DNA of 61,444 nt, counting the filler, from Chloroflexota bacterium (GTDB taxonomy: Bacteria > Chloroflexota > Chloroflexia > QHBQ01): NCBI GenBank assembly GCA_043754535.1. It is 6 parts of 6 records of this genome, joined end to end, with 100 filler letters (N's around TTAATTAATTAA, not from the genome) between each part and the next. Parts side by side here need not be neighbours in the genome. Positions count along the whole stretch, not along the records: positions 1 to 13,390 come from JAYUUN010000053.1; 5 more parts are not named here. One strand, 5' to 3'. Under the pieces are notes generated by a model that saw nothing but the letters and a program-made list of their open reading frames with translations, was not told the origin of the DNA and made no database searches. The translations under genes and the position numbers were made by a program. This document shows positions 1-8,341 of the stretch, piece after piece (position 1 is the first letter of the stretch; each line of letters opens with the position of its first letter).

Positions 1-368
1 GTTGGCTTGAGGGCGCGGTGCAGTTCGGCGAGGCGGGCGGCCATCATCACCAGGTAGCCAGTCAAGGCGTTGCGCCCAACCAGCTTGATCATCGCTTCCA
101 GGGCATCCTTGACCACCACAGGCACACGGGGACTGCGAACCACCTCGTTGTACTCCAGGCTACTCCACTCCCAGGTGTCGGTGAAGGCGTGTATCTGAGC
201 CTGCGCGTCTGCTCCACTGACTGCGCTCTTGAACAGCACATTGTAATTGCGGTTGCTGTTGAAGGGGGGATCGAGGTAGATCAGGTCTACGCTCTGCTCG
301 GCGATCAGTCCGCCGCGCAGCACCGCCAGATTGTCGCCATAAAACAAGGTGTTCTGCAAGTCAGCCAC
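1..368 (-). CDS. N-terminal part of an N4/N6 (beta-class) DNA methyltransferase, truncated at the window edge
   Basis: Not in the ORF track. Manual minus-strand translation gives (V)ADLQNTLFYGDNLAVLRGGLIAEQSVDLIYLDPPFNSNRNYNVLF...AFTDTWEW...GYLVMMAARLAELHRALKP, which contains motif IV DPPF. AAGGAG RBS precedes GTG368/TTG359. Confidence 0.9.
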   Translation of the reverse strand, partial: MADLQNTLFYGDNLAVLRGGLIAEQSVDLIYLDPPFNSNRNYNVLFKSAVSGADAQAQIHAFTDTWEWSSLEYNEVVRSPRVPVVVKDALEAMIKLVGRNALTGYLVMMAARLAELHRALKP

Positions 369-413
369 TCCTTTTGCTAGCCGCCATTGCCGAAAGCGAA
401 GTGGCTGACTTGC
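356..413. promoter_or_regulatory. Perfect 14-bp inverted repeat covering the candidate start codons and the RBS edge of the methyltransferase
   Basis: GCAAGTCAGCCACT (356-369) and AGTGGCTGACTTGC (400-413), 30-nt spacer. Confidence 0.6.
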
Positions 414-457
414 CGCAGCCACCACTATCGCTGGACAGAGACTACCAGGTGGCCTGC

Positions 458-1912
458 TCAGGAGCCGCTTGTTGCCTTCTTCTCGCCTAGCGGCACGAAG
501 TAGGTAGCGGCAGCCAGGTCGATTAGCCGCGGACTTAGCTGCGGCGCGATGTTCTGGTAGCGGGCCAGGCTGGTCAACTGGCGTAGGATATCACGCGGGT
601 GGACGGCGCGCATCGGACGGTTAGTCTTCATGTAGTGTTCGCGCACCAGATGGCTGAAGGCACTCTCATCATAGGGGATGCCTAGCCGCTGGCACTCGGC
701 CATGAAGATGTTGCGGAACTGGTCGAGGCTGGGGTCGGGCATATGTAGCTTGTTCTGGATGCGGCGCAGGAACGCTTCATCTACTAGCTCGGCTGGCTCA
801 AGGTTGGTGGAGAAGACCAGGAACAGTTCGAATGGCACCTGCAACTTCTTGCCAGTGTGCAGAGTAAGGAAGTCAGTTCCCTTTTCCAGCGGCACGATCC
901 AGCGATTGAGCAGTTGTTGGGGACTCATCACCTGACGGCCAAAGTCGTCGATCAGGAACACGCCGTTGTTGGCCTTCAACTGGTAAGGAGCCTCATAGAA
1001 GCCAGTGTCGCCGTGCCACACCAGGTCAAGATCAGTCATCGTCAGTTCGCCGCCAGTGATCACCAATGGCCTTTGCACCTGCACCCAGCGGCGGTCAGCG
1101 CACTCGGCGTGGATCGGGTCAACCAGGCCACTGAGGCTGGGTGGCGGCAAGCCGTTTGGCCCAGGGAAGGCAATGGCATGGTGCAGGTGCAGGTCGAAGA
1201 ACTGGATGATCTGCCCATCGGCTTCGAGGGCGTAGGGGACGACTACCGCATCGCCCATCATCATGCCGATGCGCTCGGTCAGCATACTCTTGCCGTTGCC
1301 GGGTGAGCCAAAGAGAAAGAGCGAACGACCTGCATTGACTGCCGCCCCCACCTTGTCTATCGTATCACCGACCAGGTTCATGCCACGCAAGGCGTTTTGG
1401 ACAACCGCCTGGTTGATCTGCGGCTTGTGCTGGGCCTGGAGCAACACCATCTCGATGTACTTGCTGAGCGGCACGGGGGCCGGGCCAACATAGCTGTTGC
1501 GCTTCAACACAGCTTCGGCGCGATCCATGCCCTTGCGGGTCATCACGTACTGGTAGCCCGCTGCGCCCAGGCCGCTAGCCCCGGTCAGTTCGACCAGTTC
1601 CTCGCGCTTAAGGGCTTGCATGACCACCTCGATCACCCCGTAGAAGGGCAGGCGCAGCTGGCTAGCCATCTCGTAGCCGGTCTGGTAGCTCTGGTAGTAG
1701 AGGACCTTGAGGACAAGTTCGGTGACGAGGCTGGGACTGAGGCCGGTCTCGGCCATCGTCTTCGGCTCTTGCAGATAGCCATTCTTGGGCTGGGCCGCCG
1801 ATTGCTGCACCGACACGGCGGGCTGCGGTGCTGGTTGGTAGGCAGGGGCGGCTTCGGGCTGGGCATAGCCGCTATTAAGTTCGGAAGGTTGGCGCGGGAT
1901 AAACTGGCTCAC
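458..1912 (-). CDS. AAA+ family ATPase
   Basis: Walker A GSPGNGKS, Walker B FLIDDFGRQ, STNL sensor, DEAFLRRI arginine finger; probable GTG start at 1912 after AAGGAG. Confidence 0.8.
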   Translation of the reverse strand: MSQFIPRQPSELNSGYAQPEAAPAYQPAPQPAVSVQQSAAQPKNGYLQEPKTMAETGLSPSLVTELVLKVLYYQSYQTGYEMASQLRLPFYGVIEVVMQALKREELVELTGASGLGAAGYQYVMTRKGMDRAEAVLKRNSYVGPAPVPLSKYIEMVLLQAQHKPQINQAVVQNALRGMNLVGDTIDKVGAAVNAGRSLFLFGSPGNGKSMLTERIGMMMGDAVVVPYALEADGQIIQFFDLHLHHAIAFPGPNGLPPPSLSGLVDPIHAECADRRWVQVQRPLVITGGELTMTDLDLVWHGDTGFYEAPYQLKANNGVFLIDDFGRQVMSPQQLLNRWIVPLEKGTDFLTLHTGKKLQVPFELFLVFSTNLEPAELVDEAFLRRIQNKLHMPDPSLDQFRNIFMAECQRLGIPYDESAFSHLVREHYMKTNRPMRAVHPRDILRQLTSLARYQNIAPQLSPRLIDLAAATYFVPLGEKKATSGS

Positions 1913-2120
1913 GATGCTCTCCTTGCGCGGCTGCGGGGCGCGAGTGTGCGGAAAGGGCTGGTCGTCCACCCTATTATACGCCTCTAACCCCCTTCTTACA
2001 AGGGGCAGCAAGATGGCCGTCGGGCTTGTTCATCAATGTTGTAAGCATCCCGGTGTGTTGCCTTGCGTAGCTGCGCCTGCACTTGGGGGAAATGCTAGAC
2101 AAGAGTTGCTTTTCCTACAC

Positions 2121-3098
2121 CTACGCCTCTATCCCAGTGGACGCGAGGCTGAGGGGGACAAGGCGGCTGCGGGCAAACTCTCGCCTGGGCGGTACCATGC
2201 GGCCAGCGTTGAGAACCAGCACGCCCTCTGCCTGCTGTGCCTGCTCATGGGCGTGGTAGCTGCTCCGCACCAGCGGGCCACTCTCCACATACTTGAAGCC
2301 CAATTTGCGGCCAATCGTCTTTAGCTCGCCAAACTGCTCTGGCGTGTAGTAGCACTCCACTGGCAGGTGCTTGAGCGAAGGGCGCAAGTACTGGCCGATG
2401 GTCATGATGTCGGTACCCTGTTCGCGGATGTCGCGCATGGTCTGCACAATCTCCTCCCAGGTCTCGCCCACACCGATCATGATGCCAGTCTTGGTCATGA
2501 TGTTGCGCTCTGCGACCATCTCTTTTGCGCGGCGCAGCAGTTGTAGCGAGCGTTCGTACTTGGCCTGCGGGCGCACCAGGCGGTAGAGGCGGGGGACAGT
2601 CTCGGTATTGTGGTTGAGAATGTCAGGGCCAGCCTCCATCACCAGCTTGAGCGCGTCATGGTCGCCCTTGAAGTCGGGGATCAAAACCTCGATGCTGGTG
2701 CCGGGGCAGTTCTCGCGGATCAGGCGCAGGCACTCGTAGAAGATCGGCGCGCCACCGTCCTTACGTTCATCGCGGTTGACTGAGGTGATCACCACGTGCT
2801 TGAGGCGCAGGGTTTGCACGGCGTGCAGCAGGCGGGCAGGCTCCTCCCAATCCAGCGGGCCAGGTCTGCCAGTGCCAATCGCGCAGAAGGAGCAGGAGCG
2901 GGTACAGGTGTTACCGAGGATCAGGAAGGTAGCCGTGCGGTTCTCGAAGCACTCACCGATGTTGGGGCAGTGCGCCTCCTCGCAGACGGTGTGTAGGTCG
3001 TTCTCGCGCATCAGGCTCTTGACATCGCGGTAGTTCTCGCCAGTCTGTAGCTTGACCTTCAGCCAGTCGGGACGGCGCAACAGGGGGTCAATAGGCAT
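2121..3098 (-). CDS. lipA: Lipoyl synthase
   Basis: [12 protein letters not shown] and CTRSCSFC motifs, C-terminal RSSY. Confidence 0.97.
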   Translation of the reverse strand: MPIDPLLRRPDWLKVKLQTGENYRDVKSLMRENDLHTVCEEAHCPNIGECFENRTATFLILGNTCTRSCSFCAIGTGRPGPLDWEEPARLLHAVQTLRLKHVVITSVNRDERKDGGAPIFYECLRLIRENCPGTSIEVLIPDFKGDHDALKLVMEAGPDILNHNTETVPRLYRLVRPQAKYERSLQLLRRAKEMVAERNIMTKTGIMIGVGETWEEIVQTMRDIREQGTDIMTIGQYLRPSLKHLPVECYYTPEQFGELKTIGRKLGFKYVESGPLVRSSYHAHEQAQQAEGVLVLNAGRMVPPRREFARSRLVPLSLASTGIEA

Positions 3099-3319
3099 TT
3101 TGGTTCGTCTCCGTTTCCGTGTTCAACCCTGGTTCTTTGCTCGGTTGCAGTCAGCCCAGGCCCGTAGTTCTCGACTATGTCGTGCAGATCAGTCGCTGGC
3201 TTCAGGCCCGCAGTTCTGGCTTAGAGACTGTTCGCGGCTGCCTGCCCCTACAGCCACAATCTCGGTTAAAGCTCTGCAACCATGAAGTGCAATCGGCTAG
3301 TCACAATCCCCGTCTCTCA

Positions 3320-3349
3320 AGTATAACCCCCCACTTCCCCCCATGTCAA
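3320..3349 (-). promoter_or_regulatory. Sigma70-type promoter for lipA with a ~215-nt leader
   Basis: TTGACA-18-TATACT on the minus strand. Confidence 0.6.
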
Positions 3350-3422
3350 CGAAGGGGCCGCTGGCTAGCAAGGCAGCCGCTGGCCCCTACGCAAGAAGGA
3401 GGGTGCTACAACCTTGCAACGG

Positions 3423-4916
3423 TTAGTAGATGCTGGTCTGGCTGTTGACCGCCTCCAACCACTTCTTGACGCTCTGAAGGAAGCGGCCCGCCGCCCCACC
3501 GTCTACGATGCGGTGGTCGAAGCTGAGGCAGGAGTACATCATGTGGCGCACGGCGATCATACCATCTACGATCACTGGACGCTGGACGATCTGCTCCATG
3601 GTGATAATCGCGGCCTGGGGCTGGTTGATGATTGGCATGGACATGACGCTGCCGAACGCGCCGGGGTTGTTGACGGTGATCGTGCCGCCCTGGATGTCGT
3701 CCAGCTTCAGCTTGTTGCTGCGGGCGCGCCCGGCCAGGTCGCTGATGCTGCGAGCCAGCCCCGCCACGCTGAGACCGTCGGCGTTCTTGATCGTCGGGGT
3801 GATCAGCCCGTCGGCAATGTCCACCGCAATGGCGACGTTGATAGCGCGCTTGAGTACAACCTGGTCGTCGCGCCAGGTGCTATTCATTTGGGGGTACTGG
3901 CGCAGAGCCTCGATCACCGCCTTGCAGAAGAAGGGGAAGAAGGTGAGGTCGAAGCCTTCGCGCTGCTTGAACTGCTCCTTCGCAGAGCCGCGCAGCTTCC
4001 AGACATTACTCATGTCGATCTCTACCATCGTCCAGGCGTGGGGCGAGGTGGCGAGGCTGCGAACCATGTGTTCGGCAATCGCCCGCCGCATGGGGGTGAG
4101 CGGCACGATCTGCTCGTCGGCCCCACCAAAGTTGGGGGCAGCAGCCTGGGCCTGCGGCTGGGTTGCTGCGGAGGCGGGCGCGGGCGCGGCAGGGGTAGGC
4201 GGCATAGCTGGCATAGGCGGCGTAACGCTGCTGCCCATTGGGAAGCTGATCTCTGGGTGATGTGGCGCGCTCTCCATCTGCGGTTGCGGCTGCGCGATGG
4301 GGGCTGCTGGCTTGGGGGCAGGGGCAGCAGCCGGGGCCGCATCCTGACCCTGGGGCATGGTCTCGATGTAAGCGAGGATGTCCTCCTTGCTCACTCGCCC
4401 GCTGCCGCCGCTGCCCATGATCGTAGTGGTACGTAGGTCTACGCCATGTTCGCTGGCGATGCGACGTACGGCTGGTGAGTAGAGCCGCTTTACCTCGTCG
4501 TCGCTGAGGCTTTGGGCTACATTGCTGCTACCGTTGTTGCTCCCGTTGCTACTCTGCAAGCTATCTACGTGGACGGCTGCGCCGGTCAGCGTCTCGCTCG
4601 GCCCGCTCTCGGCAGCCTCTAGTGGCAGATTGCCTGCTACGCCGACGCTGGTGGCTGCGCCCACTGGGGCAGCTACGTCACTGGTCATCGTCGCAATCGC
4701 GGTGTTGACTTTAACCGTCTCACCTTCCTGCACCAGGATTTCCTTCAGCACCCCCGCTTCAGGGGCGGGAACCTCTGCTGTCACCTTGTCGGTGATCACC
4801 TCGACGATAGACTCGTACTTCTCGATCTTGTCGCCTACCTTCTTCAACCAGGTGCCAACCACCCCCTCTGTGACCGTCTCACCTAGCTGGGGCATTACTA
4901 CTGTCAGGTCTGCCAT
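3423..4916 (-). CDS. bkdB: Dihydrolipoamide acyltransferase (E2) of a branched-chain 2-oxoacid dehydrogenase
   Basis: Lipoyl domain EVITDKVTAEVPAP, E3-binding SPAVRRIA, catalytic DHRIVDG. Confidence 0.9.
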   Translation of the reverse strand: MADLTVVMPQLGETVTEGVVGTWLKKVGDKIEKYESIVEVITDKVTAEVPAPEAGVLKEILVQEGETVKVNTAIATMTSDVAAPVGAATSVGVAGNLPLEAAESGPSETLTGAAVHVDSLQSSNGSNNGSSNVAQSLSDDEVKRLYSPAVRRIASEHGVDLRTTTIMGSGGSGRVSKEDILAYIETMPQGQDAAPAAAPAPKPAAPIAQPQPQMESAPHHPEISFPMGSSVTPPMPAMPPTPAAPAPASAATQPQAQAAAPNFGGADEQIVPLTPMRRAIAEHMVRSLATSPHAWTMVEIDMSNVWKLRGSAKEQFKQREGFDLTFFPFFCKAVIEALRQYPQMNSTWRDDQVVLKRAINVAIAVDIADGLITPTIKNADGLSVAGLARSISDLAGRARSNKLKLDDIQGGTITVNNPGAFGSVMSMPIINQPQAAIITMEQIVQRPVIVDGMIAVRHMMYSCLSFDHRIVDGGAAGRFLQSVKKWLEAVNSQTSIY

Positions 4917-4946
4917 GCTCTCCTCCTCCAATCTCTACGCCGCTGC

Positions 4947-5930
4947 CTAATACTCGGCCAGTTTGCGGGCAGCTCGCTCGATCCGCTCTGGGCTGACCAG
5001 GAACTCCTCCTCAAAGACGTGGTTGAAGCCCATCGCTGGCACGTCCGGCCCTGCCAGGCGCATGATTGGCGCATCCAGGTAGCTGAAGGCGTACTGGGCG
5101 ATCAGGGCGGACACTTCGCCACCGATGCCGCCCGTCAGGTTGTCTTCGTGGACGACCAACACGCGGCCTGTCTTCTGGGCGGTGGCAAGGATCGCTTCCA
5201 CATCCAGCGGGCGCAGGCTGCGGAGGTCAAGGACTTCTACGTTGATCTCGTCCTGGGCCAGTTTCTCGGCGGCGGCCAGGGCGTGGTAGGTCATCAGGCC
5301 GTAGGTGATGATGCTGAGGCTATCGCCAGCCCGCTTGACTTCAGCCTTACCCAGAGGGATCGTATAGTCGTCGTCTGGTACTTCTTCCTTAATCAGGCGA
5401 TAGGCCTTCTTGTGTTCAAAGATCAGCACTGGGTCTGGGTCGTACAGCGCGCTACGAAGCAGCCCCTTAAGGTCTTTCGGGCTGGCGGTAGCGACCACTT
5501 TGAGGCCAGGCACATGGGCGAAGAACGCCTCTGGGGACTGCGAATGGTACAGTGCGCCATGAATGCCACCGCCATAAGGTGCGCGGATGACAATGGGGCA
5601 GGCCCAATCGTTGTTCGAGCGGTAGCGGATACGGGCCGCCTCGCTGACGATGGCGTTGAAGGCAGGGAAGATGAAGTCGGAGAACTGGATTTCGGCAATC
5701 GGCAGCAGGCCGTTCATGCTCGCGCCCACCGCCGCGCCAACGATGGAAGACTCGGCCAGCGGGCTGTCGATCACGCGGCTATCGCCAAACCGCTTCCAGA
5801 GGCCGTCGGTCGTTCGCAGTACGCCCCCCAACTTGCCCACATCCTCGCCCAGCACGATCACCCGCTCGTCCTGCTCCATCAGGGAGAGCATCGTTTCGCG
5901 CACCGCCTCGATCAGTAGCTTGATTGCCAT
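4947..5930 (-). CDS. bkdAB: 2-oxoacid dehydrogenase E1 beta subunit
   Basis: GEDVG, SPLAESSI, IAEIQFSDF, HGALYHSQS. Confidence 0.9.
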   Translation of the reverse strand: MAIKLLIEAVRETMLSLMEQDERVIVLGEDVGKLGGVLRTTDGLWKRFGDSRVIDSPLAESSIVGAAVGASMNGLLPIAEIQFSDFIFPAFNAIVSEAARIRYRSNNDWACPIVIRAPYGGGIHGALYHSQSPEAFFAHVPGLKVVATASPKDLKGLLRSALYDPDPVLIFEHKKAYRLIKEEVPDDDYTIPLGKAEVKRAGDSLSIITYGLMTYHALAAAEKLAQDEINVEVLDLRSLRPLDVEAILATAQKTGRVLVVHEDNLTGGIGGEVSALIAQYAFSYLDAPIMRLAGPDVPAMGFNHVFEEEFLVSPERIERAARKLAEY

Positions 5931-5990
5931 TATTGCTCCTTGTCTAAGTCAGTAGTTAGTCCGTCGCCAGTCAGCAGCCAGGCCGCTCAC

Positions 5991-7193
5991 CTACTTGCTG
6001 CCGCTCCACTCGAAGGAAAGCTGGCTGTCGAAGGTACGCTCGCTCTGGTCGGCGTAAACGTGGCGATAGAGGTCGCTAGGCGCGGGGTCGGGCGCGCTCA
6101 TGGCGTATTCGGTGGCCTCATCAACCTGCGCCCGAATGCCACTGCGAATCTTCTCGTCAAGCTCGCTAGTAAGGATACCCTCGTCGGTCAGCAGCTTGCG
6201 GAAGATGGTGATCGCATCGCGGTTGTTCTTGACCTCCTCAACCTCGGCGCGGTCACGGTAGCGGCGGTCGTCGTCGTCCGAGCTATGCGGGGTATAACGC
6301 GTCACCTTCGCCTCGATCAGGGTGGGGCCTTCGCCAGCACGGGCGCGGCGCACCGCTTCGACGGCAGCGCGGTAGACATCCAGCACGTCGTTGCCGTCTA
6401 CGATCACCCCTGGCATCCCGTAGCCGGGGGCGCGGTCGGCCACGTTCTTGATCGCCATCTGGCGGTCTTGTGGCTCGGAGATCGCGTACTTGTTGTTCTC
6501 GACCATCATGATCATCGGCAGCTTCATCGTGCTGGCGAAGTTCATTGCCTCGTGCCAGTCGCCCTGGCTAGTGCCGCCTTCACCGATCTGGGTAGTCACC
6601 ACGCCGTCAATGCCACGCAGCTTGAAGGCGAGAGCCACGCCCGCCGCATGGACGTTTTGCGTACCGATAGGGCTGGAGCCGGTCGGCACGTTGAGTTTGC
6701 GGTGGCCGAAGTGACCAGGCATCTGCTTGCCGCCGCTGTCGGTGTTCTCGGCCCGGCCCCAGACGGAGAGCATCACGTCCTTCGCGGTCTGGCCCAGCGT
6801 AACCATGAAGCCCAGGTCGCGGTAGTAGGGACAGACAAAATCCTTACCCTTCTCCAGGGCATAGGCAAGGCCCACCTGGGCAGCCTCCTGACCCTGGCAA
6901 GAGATCACGAAGGCGATCTTGCCCTGGCGATTGAGCAACCACTGCCGCTCGTCCAGGCTGCGAGCTAGCAGCATATAGTAGTACATCTCCAACAATTGGT
7001 CGCCATTGAGGCCGAGGTCGCGGTAGTTGGCGCGGGTGGCGGGCTGAAAAGCCTCATCCGCCCCGTCGTCATTCTCGCCAGTCATATTAGCCTGGGCTGT
7101 CGCTTCTTCAGCGGCAATCGGATGTACCTCTGCGCTATCCTGCACGCCCGCCAAAACCTGCGCCTCAGCCTGCTCTTCCCTGGTGCTTGCCAT
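5991..7193 (-). CDS. bkdAA: Branched-chain 2-oxoacid dehydrogenase E1 alpha subunit
   Basis: GKIAFVISCQGQEAAQVG, TPP motif GEGGTSQGDWHE..NN, HSSDDD. Confidence 0.9.
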   Translation of the reverse strand: MASTREEQAEAQVLAGVQDSAEVHPIAAEEATAQANMTGENDDGADEAFQPATRANYRDLGLNGDQLLEMYYYMLLARSLDERQWLLNRQGKIAFVISCQGQEAAQVGLAYALEKGKDFVCPYYRDLGFMVTLGQTAKDVMLSVWGRAENTDSGGKQMPGHFGHRKLNVPTGSSPIGTQNVHAAGVALAFKLRGIDGVVTTQIGEGGTSQGDWHEAMNFASTMKLPMIMMVENNKYAISEPQDRQMAIKNVADRAPGYGMPGVIVDGNDVLDVYRAAVEAVRRARAGEGPTLIEAKVTRYTPHSSDDDDRRYRDRAEVEEVKNNRDAITIFRKLLTDEGILTSELDEKIRSGIRAQVDEATEYAMSAPDPAPSDLYRHVYADQSERTFDSQLSFEWSGSK

Positions 7194-7227
7194 CTTAGGT
7201 GCTTCCTCCTATCCGAATGGTGAATGA

Positions 7228-7896
7228 TCAGTAGTGTGCTGCGTGCTGCTGGCTTAACTGCTTGACTGCGACCGCAAGGCCGTCGCTGGTGGGGATGATC
7301 GTAGCATAAAGGCGAGGGTCACTGGCGAGGATGCGGTTGGCCTCCTGTACTGCCAGCACGCCAGGGTCTTCGCTGGCGGTGAGGACAGCCCCATGGCGGT
7401 AGCTATTGTCTACTAGTAGCAGGCCGCCCTGCCGCAGCAAGGGGATCGCCAGCCGCACGTACTCGGCCTGGTTCGGTTTGTCAGCATCAATAAAGATGGC
7501 ATCGAAGGGGGCTTCGGCGGCCAGGGCGGGTAGCAGATCGAGGGCGGCCCCTTCACGCAATGTCACCCGCTCGGCCAGGCCCGCCCGCGCGTAGAACTCG
7601 CGGGCGGTAGCGGAGTGCAGGGGTTCGCGCTCAAGGGTGATCAGTTGGCCGCCAGGGGCGAGGGCGCGCGCCAGCCAGATACCGCTGTAGCCTGCCAGTG
7701 CGCCGATCTCCAGCACCCGACGGGCAGCAATGCTACGCAGCAGCACTTGCAGCAGCCGCCCCTCCAATGGGTTGATCATGATGTTGGGGATACCGCGCTG
7801 GGGCAGTTCGGCGCGGATCGCCCGCAATACCGCATCCTCTGGCGCAAAAAGGTCGCTGCTGTATTGTTCCAGCGCGCTCATGGCGTGTTCCGGCAT
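7228..7896 (-). CDS. SAM-dependent O-methyltransferase (caffeoyl-CoA OMT family)
   Basis: VLEIGALAGYS, FDAIFIDADK, LLVDN. Confidence 0.88.
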   Translation of the reverse strand: MPEHAMSALEQYSSDLFAPEDAVLRAIRAELPQRGIPNIMINPLEGRLLQVLLRSIAARRVLEIGALAGYSGIWLARALAPGGQLITLEREPLHSATAREFYARAGLAERVTLREGAALDLLPALAAEAPFDAIFIDADKPNQAEYVRLAIPLLRQGGLLLVDNSYRHGAVLTASEDPGVLAVQEANRILASDPRLYATIIPTSDGLAVAVKQLSQQHAAHY

Positions 7897-8055
7897 CCGT
7901 TCACCTCGTCGTGACGTGCATTGTAGAGCGCACCGCTGCCACAGCGTAGGGGAGCGTCGCTGGCGGTATTATAACACGCAGGCGGGCGGCTTGTCTATCG
8001 GCAGCGGGCGCGCAACGGTGCAGGCTAGCAGGCCGCAGCTACTGGTCAATGCACT

Positions 8056-8084
8056 TTGCAAATCTAGCGGCAAAGTAATATAAT
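8056..8084 (+). promoter_or_regulatory. Sigma70-type promoter for korAB with a ~250-nt leader
   Basis: TTGCAA-17-TATAAT. Confidence 0.6.
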
Positions 8085-8341
8085 GGCAGCAATCCTGTTT
8101 TGCCGCTCTCGCTCTCCTCTCGCTCTACTGTAGAAAGGCGGGGTGGCGGTCAGCAGAGCGCGACCAGCCGAACCGCAGCGGAGTGCGCCTCCAAGGTCGT
8201 GGGCGTAGCCCTCCTAGCATTGTCGCTGATATTTGGTTCCTCGGCTTGCCTCTTTTTGGCCTAAGCCATAGTTTGCACGATGCACAAACAATTTTGCCCT
8301 CACCGCTTTGGTGGCTGGGGGTGCTGAGAAGGGAATAGAGT

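Noticed and set aside
18..380. Track ORF on the plus strand (120 aa)
   Set aside because: Antisense shadow of the methyltransferase on the minus strand
8268..8292. TTTGCACGATGCACAAA as a Rex operator before korA
   Set aside because: Poor match in sequence and spacing to TTGTGAA-N4-TTCACAA
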